This document shows, piece after piece, positions 40,783 to 48,755 of a stretch of DNA of 64,000 nt. The translations under genes were made by a program, and so were the position numbers. Below the pieces are notes generated by a model, which worked only from the letters and a program-made list of their open reading frames with translations, made no database searches and was not told the origin of the DNA. This DNA is from Stellaceae bacterium. Its GTDB lineage: Bacteria > Pseudomonadota > Alphaproteobacteria > ATCC43930 > CGMCC-115725. The stretch covers positions 28,073 to 92,072 of the forward strand of contig DASZAN010000123.1 of assembly GCA_035945115.1 (NCBI GenBank), written 5' to 3'. How positions within the stretch are numbered: the stretch's first letter is position 1; every line of letters starts with the position of its first letter.

Positions 40783-40870
40783 GGAGAGTCAATCGGCGAG
40801 GTCGCCGAGCGCGCCTGCTAAGCGCGGCGCCGTTCGCGTGGCCGGTGAGTTTCGATTACTCGGCTCTCCG
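40783..40870 (+). tRNA. tRNA-Ser(GCU), type II, no encoded CCA
   Basis: Acceptor ggagagt/gctctcc-G73, anticodon stem-loop cgcgc-CTGCTAA-gcgcg. Confidence 0.75.
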
Positions 40871-40872
40871 CC

Positions 40873-40946
40873 GCTCGTGTAGCTCAATGGCAGAGCAGCG
40901 CATTGGTATCGCGCCGATTGCGGTTCGATCCCGCACATGAGCTCCA
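40873..40946 (+). tRNA. tRNA-Thr(GGU)
   Basis: Acceptor gctcgtg/catgagc, D arm gctc-aatggca-gagc, anticodon loop TTGGTAT, T arm tgcgg-ttcgatc-ccgca, CCA. Confidence 0.8.
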
Positions 40947-40951
40947 GTTTC

Positions 40952-41044
40952 GGGAGACGCCAATAAGGTCGGGCTGGTGCCGACGCCGCGCTGTAAACGC
41001 GGTCCCGCACGGGCAAGAGGTTCGATTCCGTCCGTCTCCCACCA
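40952..41044 (+). tRNA. tRNA-Tyr(GUA), type II (canonical bacterial form)
   Basis: Acceptor gggagac/gtctccc-A73, anticodon stem-loop ccgcg-CTGTAAA-cgcgg, variable stem cccg/cggg, CCA. Confidence 0.65.
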
Positions 41045-41045
41045 T

Positions 41046-41118
41046 GGGCCTCTCGTCCAATGCAGGACACGCGCCTGATTAGCGTGGAATCGCAGTGCAA
41101 ATCTGCGGGGGCCTACCA
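41046..41118 (+). tRNA. tRNA-Ile(GAU), T loop TGCAAAT
   Basis: Acceptor gggcctc/ggggcct, D arm gtcc/ggac, anticodon loop CTGATTA, T arm cgcag-tgcaaat-ctgcg, CCA. Confidence 0.75.
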
Positions 41119-41124
41119 ATTCCG

Positions 41125-41199
41125 GGGTCGCTAACTCAACGGCAGAGTACCCGCCTCTTAAGCGGTGAGATCATGGTTCGAATCCATGGCGGCCCACCA
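41125..41199 (+). tRNA. tRNA-Lys(CUU)
   Basis: Acceptor gggtcgc/gcggccc, D arm actc/gagt, anticodon loop CTCTTAA, T arm catgg-ttcgaat-ccatg, CCA. Confidence 0.75.
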
Positions 41200-41251
41200 T
41201 TGCGCCGAGAGGCGCGGCATCGGCACAGGTCCGCGAGCAGCCGATGCACCC

Positions 41252-41326
41252 GCACTGTGAGCCATGTGGCCGAGGCGCTGCCCAGTCACGGCAGATAGAC
41301 GGGTTCGATCCCCGTACAGTGCGCCA
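41252..41326 (+). tRNA. tRNA-Asp(GUC) (anticodon loop CAGTCAC, A at position 33)
   Basis: Acceptor gcactgt/acagtgc-G73, anticodon stem ctgcc/ggcag, T arm acggg-ttcgatc-cccgt, CCA. Preceded by a 52-nt spacer containing two hairpins. Confidence 0.7.
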
Positions 41327-41333
41327 GTTTCGG

Positions 41334-41408
41334 CGGAGTGTAAGTCAGCAGCAGACGGCTTGCTTTGGAAGCAAGCAGACGGGGGTGCAAGTCCCTCCAC
41401 TCCGACCA
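41334..41408 (+). tRNA. tRNA-Pro(UGG), T loop TGCAAGT
   Basis: Acceptor cggagtg/cactccg, anticodon stem-loop cttgc-TTTGGAA-gcaag, CCA. Confidence 0.75.
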
Positions 41409-41411
41409 TTT

Positions 41412-41483
41412 GCCCTCGCCGCTGAGACGGAAGCGGGTTTCCTAAACCTGCGCAGCGCGGTTTGATTCCGCGCGGGGGCGCCA
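41412..41483 (+). tRNA. tRNA-Arg(CCU)
   Basis: Acceptor gccctcg/cgggggc, anticodon stem-loop cgggt-TTCCTAA-acctg, T arm cgcgg-tttgatt-ccgcg, CCA. Confidence 0.6.
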
Positions 41484-41484
41484 T

Positions 41485-41559
41485 GGGCGCTTAGTAGAGT
41501 GGTCATAACGGCTGGCCTACACCCAGCAGACGGTGGTTCGATTCCATCAGCGCCTACCA
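41485..41559 (+). tRNA. tRNA-Val(UAC) (anticodon loop CCTACAC)
   Basis: Acceptor gggcgct/agcgcct-A73, anticodon stem gctgg/ccagc, T arm ggtgg-ttcgatt-ccatc, CCA. Confidence 0.65.
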
Positions 41560-41562
41560 TTT

Positions 41563-41639
41563 TGCAGCGTTACGCTTCCGGTGAGGCGCCCCGCCTTTCA
41601 AGCGGGAGAGGCTCGGTTCGACTCCGGCACGCTGCACCA
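41563..41639 (+). tRNA. tRNA-Glu(UUC)
   Basis: Acceptor gcagcgt/acgctgc, anticodon stem-loop cccgc-CTTTCAA-gcggg, CCA. Confidence 0.75.
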
Positions 41640-41646
41640 ATTTCCT

Positions 41647-41718
41647 GGCCCACCCGCTGAGACGGACGCGGCGCTTCGAACGCCGCAATGCGGAGTTTGA
41701 TTCTCCGGTGGGCCCCCA
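41647..41718 (+). tRNA. tRNA-Arg(UCG)
   Basis: Acceptor ggcccac/gtgggcc, anticodon stem-loop cggcg-CTTCGAA-cgccg, T arm cggag-tttgatt-ctccg, CCA. Confidence 0.7.
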
Positions 41719-41719
41719 T

Positions 41720-41794
41720 GCGCACGCAGCTCGATGGACGAGCGCCGCTCTGCGAAGGCGGAGGCTGAAGGTTCGATTCCTTTCGTGCGCGCCA
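41720..41794 (+). tRNA. tRNA-Arg(GCG) (unusual anticodon; bacteria normally use ACG)
   Basis: Acceptor gcgcacg/cgtgcgc, D arm gctc-gatggac-gagc, anticodon stem-loop ccgct-CTGCGAA-ggcgg, CCA. Confidence 0.65.
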
Positions 41795-41799
41795 ATTCT

Positions 41800-41871
41800 G
41801 GTCACGTCCCGATGGATCGGGCATCCGCCTTCTAAGCGGGTTGAATGCGGGTTCGAATCCTGCCGTGACCG
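41800..41871 (+). tRNA. tRNA-Arg(UCU), no encoded CCA
   Basis: Acceptor ggtcacg/cgtgacc-G73, anticodon stem-loop tccgc-CTTCTAA-gcggg, T arm gcggg-ttcgaat-cctgc. Confidence 0.7.
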
Positions 41872-41873
41872 CC

Positions 41874-41951
41874 GCGCGACTAGCCCAATTGGCAGAGGCG
41901 GCTCGCTCAAAACGAGCAACGGTCTCGGTTCGAGTCCGAGGTCGCGCACCA
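41874..41951 (+). tRNA. tRNA-Leu(CAA) with a short variable arm
   Basis: Acceptor gcgcgac/gtcgcgc-A73, anticodon stem-loop gctcg-CTCAAAA-cgagc, T arm ctcgg-ttcgagt-ccgag, CCA. Confidence 0.6.
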
Positions 41952-41955
41952 CTGC

Positions 41956-42029
41956 GGGCGTATAGCTGGAAGGACAAGCTGCCGCCTTTTAAGCGGTTGA
42001 TGAGAGTTCGATTCTCTCTGCGCCCACCA
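41956..42029 (+). tRNA. tRNA-Lys(UUU)
   Basis: Acceptor gggcgta/tgcgccc-A73, anticodon stem-loop gccgc-CTTTTAA-gcggt, T arm gagag-ttcgatt-ctctc, CCA. Confidence 0.75.
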
Positions 42030-42034
42030 TTGCC

Positions 42035-42105
42035 GCTCCGGTCGTTCAACAGTAGGATGGCGCCCTCGTAGAGCGCAGATTTCGGTGCAACTCCGAACTG
42101 GAGCT
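42035..42105 (+). tRNA. tRNA-Thr(CGU), T loop TGCAACT, no CCA
   Basis: Acceptor gctccgg/ctggagc, anticodon stem-loop gcgcc-CTCGTAG-agcgc, T arm ttcgg-tgcaact-ccgaa. The last gene of the array. Confidence 0.55.
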
Positions 42106-42110
42106 CTTTC

Positions 42111-43733
42111 TCACGAGTTCCCCAGCACCGTCTCCGCGGCGACATAGCCCCAGGTCATGCACGGGCCGAGCGTCGTTCCGGCGCCGATGGCGCGGGTGCC
42201 GATCGGGTTCGCCATGGCGTTGCCGGCGGCGAGCAAGCCGGGAATGACGGTGTGGTCTTGGCGCAGCGCCTGCGCTCTGTTATTGGTGCGGACGCCGCCC
42301 TTGGTGCCGACGGTCATGAGATCGATGGCCATCGCGTAGAAGGGCGGCTGCTCGATCTTGCCGAGTGCTACGCCCGTCCGGCCCAGCTTGTAGTGCTCCC
42401 ACACGCTTTCGCCACGGTGAAAATCCTCGTCACGGCCCATCTCGCAGAAGCGGTTGAAGCGCTCGACCGTTGCTTTGAGGGTCGCCGCGGGAATGCCGAT
42501 GCGCCCGGCAATTTCCTCTAGGCTCGTTCCCTTGATGACCCAGCCCTTCTCATGCGACGCATACCAGCGGAAGGCCGCGCCGTGCCGCAGGTAGCGGCTG
42601 TCGGCGATGACATAGGCCGGCACATGCAGCAGCTCGCCCGAACTCGGATCGCGCCGGTCGAGCGCCTCGCCCAGATTGTAGGAGAGTTCGCTCACGAAGC
42701 GTCGGCCGTGGCGATCGACCAGGATCGCATGCGGCGCGGCTTGGAAGGTGGCGGGGATGCCGGAAGGCTGGCCTTCATAAGTGACCGGCAGCAGCGGGTA
42801 GATATTGGCTTGATCCATACGGTCGAGCCGCGCACCCGCGGCTTCGGCCATGCGCTGGCCATCGCCCTCGTTGCTGCGCGGACTGCCGATCCGCTGGAAG
42901 CGTCCGCCGAAATGACGCTCGACGAGCGCGGTATTCCACTCGAATCCGCCGGTGGCGAGAAGGACGCCGCGCCGTGCCCGGATCGTCACGGGTTTCCCGT
43001 CGCTGAGCCCCGTCACGCCGACGACGCCACCCGTGCGATCATCGAGCATGAGGCTTTGGGCGCGCGTCGCCAGCAGCAAGCGGCAGGATCGGTCGAGACA
43101 CGCCTTCAAGAGCCCGGCGACGAGCGCGTTTCCTTGGCCGATGCTATCGGTGATCCGCCGCCGCAAGAGAGCCGGAAGGAGTCGGAAGCCGGTTCGCACG
43201 GGGTGGTGATAGGGATCGAGCGCGAGCACCTCTTGATAGGTGAAGATGTGCGGCAGCGTCGACCGCCGGATCCTTTGCGCGTAAGGCCCCAAGATTTTGC
43301 GGCTAAGGAGACGAGGCGAGACCATGCGGCCCACCTTCTTGCCGCCGGCATACTCGGCCATTGGGTCGGGCTCGTTCGTCAAGGCGAAGCGAAGCGGCGT
43401 GTTCTGCTCGACGAACTCGAGCATGATGGGCGCGGTCGCGGCAAAGCGCCGCCAGAGCAAATCCTCGCTGTTGTGCCAACCCGGCGGCGCGGTGGCGCGC
43501 AGGTATTGCAGCGCCTCGTCCGGGCTGTCGCTCAAGCCCGCGGCACGGGCGTGGTGGTTCGCCGGGATCCAGATGCCACCGCCCGACATCGCGCTCGCGC
43601 CGCCGGCAAGCGCCGCTTTTTCGAGGATGGTGACACTGAGGCCGCCGGACGAGGCCCTGAGCGCCGCCGTGAGCCCGGCGCAACCCGAGCCGATCACGAG
43701 AAAATCGGTCTCGATTCGGTTGGGATCGCTCAT
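42111..43733 (-). CDS. FAD-binding dehydrogenase (fumarate reductase/succinate dehydrogenase flavoprotein-like, KstD-like)
   Basis: Start at MSDPNRIETDFLVIGSGCAGLTAAL (GxGxxG). A C-terminal FAD_binding_2 capping motif is present. Confidence 0.75.
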   Translation of the reverse strand: MSDPNRIETDFLVIGSGCAGLTAALRASSGGLSVTILEKAALAGGASAMSGGGIWIPANHHARAAGLSDSPDEALQYLRATAPPGWHNSEDLLWRRFAATAPIMLEFVEQNTPLRFALTNEPDPMAEYAGGKKVGRMVSPRLLSRKILGPYAQRIRRSTLPHIFTYQEVLALDPYHHPVRTGFRLLPALLRRRITDSIGQGNALVAGLLKACLDRSCRLLLATRAQSLMLDDRTGGVVGVTGLSDGKPVTIRARRGVLLATGGFEWNTALVERHFGGRFQRIGSPRSNEGDGQRMAEAAGARLDRMDQANIYPLLPVTYEGQPSGIPATFQAAPHAILVDRHGRRFVSELSYNLGEALDRRDPSSGELLHVPAYVIADSRYLRHGAAFRWYASHEKGWVIKGTSLEEIAGRIGIPAATLKATVERFNRFCEMGRDEDFHRGESVWEHYKLGRTGVALGKIEQPPFYAMAIDLMTVGTKGGVRTNNRAQALRQDHTVIPGLLAAGNAMANPIGTRAIGAGTTLGPCMTWGYVAAETVLGNS

Positions 43734-43878
43734 CCGATCAACCCGAGGACGTTGCGTCGCGCGTAGAGCCGGTCCCCATACTCCCGGAGATCGGCTGAGA
43801 GACGCAAGCCATCGCTTGCCGTTACTATGGCGAGGCCACGACCTCTGTCGCCGTTTCACCTCGCTCGACCATGGGGAG

Positions 43879-44373
43879 ATGGACATGCCCTCGACAACGC
43901 GGCGCGATCGCAGCGCGCTTGAAGCTTCCCTTTCCGCCGGCACGGTCGTCGTCGCCTCCACCGGCGTTGGCAAGTTCCAGCAACTCATGTTGGACGGACG
44001 CCACGCGCTCCATGGCGATGAGCCGCGCTCGGCCGGCGGCGATGATACCGGGCCAGGTCCCTACGAGCTGCTGCTGATGGCGCTCGGCAGCTGTACGTCG
44101 ATGACGGTCCATCTCTATGCCGCGCGCAAGAAATGGCCGGTGGAGCAGGTCGTCGTCCGGCTTCGCCAGGAACGCGTTCATGCGCGGGACTGCGCTGATT
44201 GCGAGCAGCCGGGCGCGATGGTCCATCGCATCGAGAAGACGATCGAGCTCGTCGGCGCGCTCGACGAGGCGCAACGACAGCGCTTGCTCGAGATTGCCGA
44301 CCATTGTCCGGTTCACCGCACCTTGACAGCCAAGATCGAAATCGCGAGCGCCCTCGCCCCCACCGGCGACTGA
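43879..44373 (+). CDS. OsmC/Ohr family peroxiredoxin-like protein
   Basis: PYELLLMALGSCTSMTV ... ADHCPVHRTL gives the paired Cys motifs of the OsmC family. Confidence 0.75.
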   Translation: MDMPSTTRRDRSALEASLSAGTVVVASTGVGKFQQLMLDGRHALHGDEPRSAGGDDTGPGPYELLLMALGSCTSMTVHLYAARKKWPVEQVVVRLRQERVHARDCADCEQPGAMVHRIEKTIELVGALDEAQRQRLLEIADHCPVHRTLTAKIEIASALAPTGD

Positions 44374-44456
44374 TCATGGCAGCGAGCTTGTCGACGCGAT
44401 GCTTGCGCCGCGTTTCTCGCCGCCTATGATCGCGTGCATCACCAGGGAGGAGATGC

Positions 44457-45125
44457 ATGGGACAAATGGTTTCGCTTACCGCCAAGGACGGCCACAAATT
44501 GTCCGCCTACCGCGCCGATCCCGCGGGGAAGCCCAAGGGCGCGCTCGTCGTCATTCAGGAAATTTTCGGCGTCAATCATCACATCAAGAATGTCGCCGAC
44601 GGCTTCGCCAAGCACGGTTACGTCGCGGTGGCGCCGGCGCTCTTCGATCGCGTCGAGCGCGGCATCGAGCTCGGCTATGACCAGAAGGACATCGAGGCCG
44701 GCCGCGCCATCCGCATGAAGGTCCCGCTCGACGGCAGCCTCGCCGATCTGCAAGCGGCCATCGACTACGCGAAATCGGTCGGCAAGGTGGGAGTCGTCGG
44801 TTACTGCTGGGGCGGCGGGCTTGCCTTCATCGCCGCGGCACGCTTGCCGAACGTCGCCGGCGCGGTGGGATATTACGGCGGCCTCGTCGCGGCGCATGCC
44901 AACGAGAAGCCGAAGGCGCCGGTGCTGCTCCATTTCGGCGAGACCGACCAGAGCATCCCGCTCAGCGATGTCGAAAAGGTCCGCCAGGCGCGGCCCGACG
45001 TGCCGATCCACATCTATAAGGCAGGCCACGGCTTCGCGTGCGACGAGCGCGGCAGCTTCCACGCCGAAAGCGCCAAGCTCGCCCTCGACCGCACCCTCAG
45101 ATTCTTCGCCGAGACGGTGGGATAG
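44457..45125 (+). CDS. dienelactone hydrolase family protein
   Basis: VVGYCWGGGLA nucleophile motif and a C-terminal His motif. Confidence 0.8.
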   Translation: MGQMVSLTAKDGHKLSAYRADPAGKPKGALVVIQEIFGVNHHIKNVADGFAKHGYVAVAPALFDRVERGIELGYDQKDIEAGRAIRMKVPLDGSLADLQAAIDYAKSVGKVGVVGYCWGGGLAFIAAARLPNVAGAVGYYGGLVAAHANEKPKAPVLLHFGETDQSIPLSDVEKVRQARPDVPIHIYKAGHGFACDERGSFHAESAKLALDRTLRFFAETVG

Positions 45126-45218
45126 GCGCGTCTCTCAACAGCGGCGCGTGTTTGGATGCACGGCTTTGAGCTGGCGTCGCGGCACCGCAGCGCGCGTGCG
45201 GGCAATCGATGGCGCCCG

Positions 45219-45533
45219 ATGCTCTTTCTGACCATCTGGCGGGCGCGGCGGGCGATCCGGGGGATTGCGCGGCGCTACTCTCCGCGGGCCAAAGTATTTA
45301 GCTTCGGCGCCACGTGGATCGATCCGCGCCATCTCGCGATTTGGATCGCGACCGAGACGGATGACGAACGCGACCGCCTTAGCGCGATGCCGGATGTGAT
45401 CGACGCCTTCCGCCGGGCGCTACTGGAGGCGGGCTATCCGCCGGCCGCGGTTCCCGCGGTCGGCTTCGAATTCGAATCGGAAGAAACTGTCCGGCGCGAT
45501 TACAAGGGCAATTGGTTCTATCGCATGAAGTGA
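45219..45533 (+). CDS. hypothetical protein
   Basis: ORF with plausible codon usage; start uncertain; no family recognised. Confidence 0.35.
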   Translation: MLFLTIWRARRAIRGIARRYSPRAKVFSFGATWIDPRHLAIWIATETDDERDRLSAMPDVIDAFRRALLEAGYPPAAVPAVGFEFESEETVRRDYKGNWFYRMK

Positions 45534-45597
45534 CGCCGACGTTGGGCGCCGCTCGCGCGCGAATCCTTTGCCAAGACGGTAGGATAGAGGCGCGCCG

Positions 45598-46155
45598 TCA
45601 GCGCGCGCCCGGCTGCGTGGTCGCGATGCTGGTGCTGGCGTTTTGCAGCTTGGCGCGGAGCGCGTGGATGGCGTTGAGGAGGTCGTCGGCGAAGGCGACG
45701 ACGCGCCGCGCTTCAGTGGCGACGAAGGCGTTCGTTCCGCAATCGCCGGCCGCGAGCGAGGTCAGGATTTGCTGCGACGCGCGGGCGTTGGCGACTTCGA
45801 CCTTGAGCGCCTTCTCCACCTGATCGTCAACCGTGAATTGATCGAGGGGATGCGCCATTCTCGCCGCGAGGCCGATGAGCACGCCAATATTGCTGCCGTC
45901 TCGCACGAGATCGCGGACCTCCTGAGCGAGCGCGGCAAAGCAGCGATCGCCCGCGCCGGCGCCGGTCCCACCGGCGACGTCGGTGAGAAACTCCTCAACC
46001 GCGCTGACCCGCCGCATCATCCCCGCCCAGTTCGCGCGGTCGCTCTCGTCGAGCGTCGGCGGCGCGGCGCGCGCGGTTGAAGAGAAAACGAGAAAGCCGC
46101 ACAACACAAGCGGCACGGTGCGCCCGATGGCGTCACCAAAACGGTGCACGGTCAT
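45598..46155 (-). CDS. hypothetical secreted protein
   Basis: N-terminal signal peptide (LVLCGFLVFSSTARA). Confidence 0.45.
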   Translation of the reverse strand: MTVHRFGDAIGRTVPLVLCGFLVFSSTARAAPPTLDESDRANWAGMMRRVSAVEEFLTDVAGGTGAGAGDRCFAALAQEVRDLVRDGSNIGVLIGLAARMAHPLDQFTVDDQVEKALKVEVANARASQQILTSLAAGDCGTNAFVATEARRVVAFADDLLNAIHALRAKLQNASTSIATTQPGAR

Positions 46156-46317
46156 TTGCCCCCCCCGGCGGATGAGAGGGGCAGTATATACCGAAGGGTG
46201 ACGCCCTTCGGAGATTTTTCTTTAGGGTAGCTGCGTCCGCGCACAGCCGGATCGATGGCGCGGGTCATGACAGCCGATCGCGCGATCCCCACATAGGCGA
46301 CGGTGGAGGAGTGGCAC

Positions 46318-47016
46318 ATGATCACGTTTCGCGACCGCATGGCGCGCGGCGAGAGCCGGACCGGCTGGCTCGACAGCCGCCATACCTTCTCCTTCGCGGA
46401 TTATTGGGACCCCGCGCAGATGGGGTTTCGGACCCTTCGGGTCATCAACGAGGATCGCGTTATTCCCGGTGCGGGTTTTCCCACGCACGGCCATCGCGAC
46501 ATGGAGATCATTACCTATGTGCTCGAGGGCGCGCTCGCGCACAAGGACAGCCTCGGCAGCGGCGCGACAATCCGGCCGGGCGAGGTCCAGCGCATGAGCG
46601 CGGGCACCGGCATCCGCCACAGCGAGTTCAACGCGTCGAAAAGCGCGGGCGTGCACTTCCTGCAGATCTGGATTCTGCCGGACCGCGCGGGCTTGCCGCC
46701 GAGCTACGAGCAAAAGGCGTTTCCGCCGGCGGAACGGCGCGGCCGCCTGCGCCTCGTCGCATCGCCCGACGGCGCGGAAGGTGCCGTGACCCTGCATCAG
46801 GATGCGCGGCTCTATCTGGGCGCGCTCGGCGCGGGCGAGCGCGTATCGCACGACATCGCCAAAGGCCGCGGCCTCTGGCTCCAGGTGGCGCGCGGCATCG
46901 TCGCGCTCGACGGCACGGAGATGCGCGAAGGCGACGGCGCCGCGGTCGAGGGTCAACCGTCGGTCGCGATCACGGCAGAGACGGACGCGGAGATTCTACT
47001 CTTCGACCTCGCCTGA
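46318..47016 (+). CDS. pirin family protein
   Basis: HGHRDMEIITYVLEG gives the cupin metal-binding motifs. Confidence 0.8.
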   Translation: MITFRDRMARGESRTGWLDSRHTFSFADYWDPAQMGFRTLRVINEDRVIPGAGFPTHGHRDMEIITYVLEGALAHKDSLGSGATIRPGEVQRMSAGTGIRHSEFNASKSAGVHFLQIWILPDRAGLPPSYEQKAFPPAERRGRLRLVASPDGAEGAVTLHQDARLYLGALGAGERVSHDIAKGRGLWLQVARGIVALDGTEMREGDGAAVEGQPSVAITAETDAEILLFDLA

Positions 47017-47080
47017 CCCGCCTCGCCCTCCCTCTCGATTAGGGGAGAGGGGGTGCGCGATGGCGCTCTTTTTTCCCTGC

Positions 47081-47458
47081 TTACTCGTCCTCGGGATGGA
47101 TCTTGTGCCAGCGGTCTCTTAGGCCCTGCATGGCATTTTCGAATCCGTGCTTGGCGCGATCCCAATGATCGGCGCTCGCGGTTTGCAGCTGCTGCGCCGC
47201 TCTCTTGGTTTTGCTCCAGGCCTGATCGATATCCTTGCCGGCGTGCTCGCCCTTGCGGTGGAGCTTGTCGTTCCACTCCTCCATTTCGCGGTTCGCGTCG
47301 CGCACGTACTCGTCTTTTTTGGCGGAGAAATCGCCCTCGGCGGCCAAGCGGAGGTAAGCGGCGTCTTCGGGTGGCGAAAGGCGCGGCGCGGCGGCTGCCG
47401 GCAACACGCTCGCCAGGACGAGCCCAGCACTGAGACATGAGATGAGGATCGGTTTCAC
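47081..47458 (-). CDS. hypothetical periplasmic protein
   Basis: Signal peptide ILISCLSAGLVLASVLPAAAA followed by a charged helical region. Confidence 0.45.
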   Translation of the reverse strand: MKPILISCLSAGLVLASVLPAAAAPRLSPPEDAAYLRLAAEGDFSAKKDEYVRDANREMEEWNDKLHRKGEHAGKDIDQAWSKTKRAAQQLQTASADHWDRAKHGFENAMQGLRDRWHKIHPEDE

Positions 47459-47570
47459 GATGCACTCCCGTGATGATTGATCGCCATCCATGCCCAACGC
47501 TCGAGTTCATGGAAGCGTTCCTGCAATCAACTGCGCAGCGCGCTGGCGTGCATCGCCGCCATCCCTCAAG

Positions 47571-48755
47571 ATGCCCCTCATGAGCCCACACGACACCGAG
47601 GCGATCGCCGGCTGGGTCGTGGCGCAAGGCCTCGCCGGCGCTGCGGAGAAGACGCTGCTCGACGGGTTTTGCGAACGCTGCCGCGACGGCGGGATCGAGC
47701 TCTCGCGGGCCGTCGCCATCATCGACACGCTCCATCCCATCTATGAAGGCCGCGCCTTCGAGTACCGCTCGACCAGTGTCGGCGAGGCGGCGGAGAATTG
47801 GCGGCGCAGCGCCTTCTTCCATTTGATGTCGACCGGCGCCGACGAGGTGCGGCGCCGCATCGGCCTCGGCGATCCCGCGGATTTTTTCAATCTCGATGTC
47901 ATGAAGGCGGAAGGAAACACCGATTACGTGGCTTTCGCCCAACGCTTCGCCAGCGGTGGCGTCATCGGCGAGATGGATTGCTTTTATTCGCAGTGGGCGA
48001 CGCGGCGGGCGGACGGATTCCGCGAGAGCGATCTGGCGGCGCTGCGCCGCCTCGTGCCGTCCTTGGGGCTCGCCATCAAATGCGCCTCGCTCGCGCGCAT
48101 CGCCGGCACGCTCGTCGAAGTCTATCTCGGCCGCGATGCCGGGCAGCGCGTGCTCGCAGGTCGCATCTCGCGCGGCGTCGCCGACCGCATCAACGCCGTG
48201 CTGTGGTTCTCGGATCTGCGCGGCTATACCGGCATTACCGACAGCGCGCCGCCCGACGAGATCATTCCCCTGTTGAATGACTACGCCGAGGCGGTCATTG
48301 CCGCGATCCACGAGGCGGGCGGCGACGTGCTGAAGCTCATCGGCGACGGCACGCTTGCCATCTTCAAGGCGGATGATCCCGCCGCCGCCTGCACCGCCGC
48401 GCTCGCCGCCGCCGCCGATTTGCGCCGCCGCATCGGTGCGCTCAAGGAGCGCCGCGCCGGGGAAGGTCGGCCGGTCACCTCGCTTTATCTCGGCCTCCAT
48501 CTTGGCGACGTCTTCTACGGCAATATCGGCAGCGAGGACCGCCTCGACTTCACGGTGGTGGGCCCGGCGGTCAACGAGGTGGCGCGCATCGCCGCGATGT
48601 GCCGCTCGGTCGATCGCGGCATTCTGCTGTCGTCGGAATTCGTCGCGGCGATGGAGGAAACCGAGCGCTGGCAATTCGTGTCGGTCGGCCGCTACGCGCT
48701 GCGCGGCGTCGGCCGCGCCAAGGAGCTCTTCACGCTCGATCCCGCAACGCTTTGA
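47571..48755 (+). CDS. class III adenylate/guanylate cyclase with an N-terminal sensory region
   Basis: C-terminal CYCc domain (FSDLRGYTGITD ... GDGTLAIF ... GLHLGDVFYGNIGS). Confidence 0.75.
   Translation: MPLMSPHDTEAIAGWVVAQGLAGAAEKTLLDGFCERCRDGGIELSRAVAIIDTLHPIYEGRAFEYRSTSVGEAAENWRRSAFFHLMSTGADEVRRRIGLGDPADFFNLDVMKAEGNTDYVAFAQRFASGGVIGEMDCFYSQWATRRADGFRESDLAALRRLVPSLGLAIKCASLARIAGTLVEVYLGRDAGQRVLAGRISRGVADRINAVLWFSDLRGYTGITDSAPPDEIIPLLNDYAEAVIAAIHEAGGDVLKLIGDGTLAIFKADDPAAACTAALAAAADLRRRIGALKERRAGEGRPVTSLYLGLHLGDVFYGNIGSEDRLDFTVVGPAVNEVARIAAMCRSVDRGILLSSEFVAAMEETERWQFVSVGRYALRGVGRAKELFTLDPATL

Noticed and set aside
42552-43766. 404-aa plus-strand ORF
   Set aside because: Antisense to the FAD-dehydrogenase gene, which has clear Rossmann and FAD-binding motifs.
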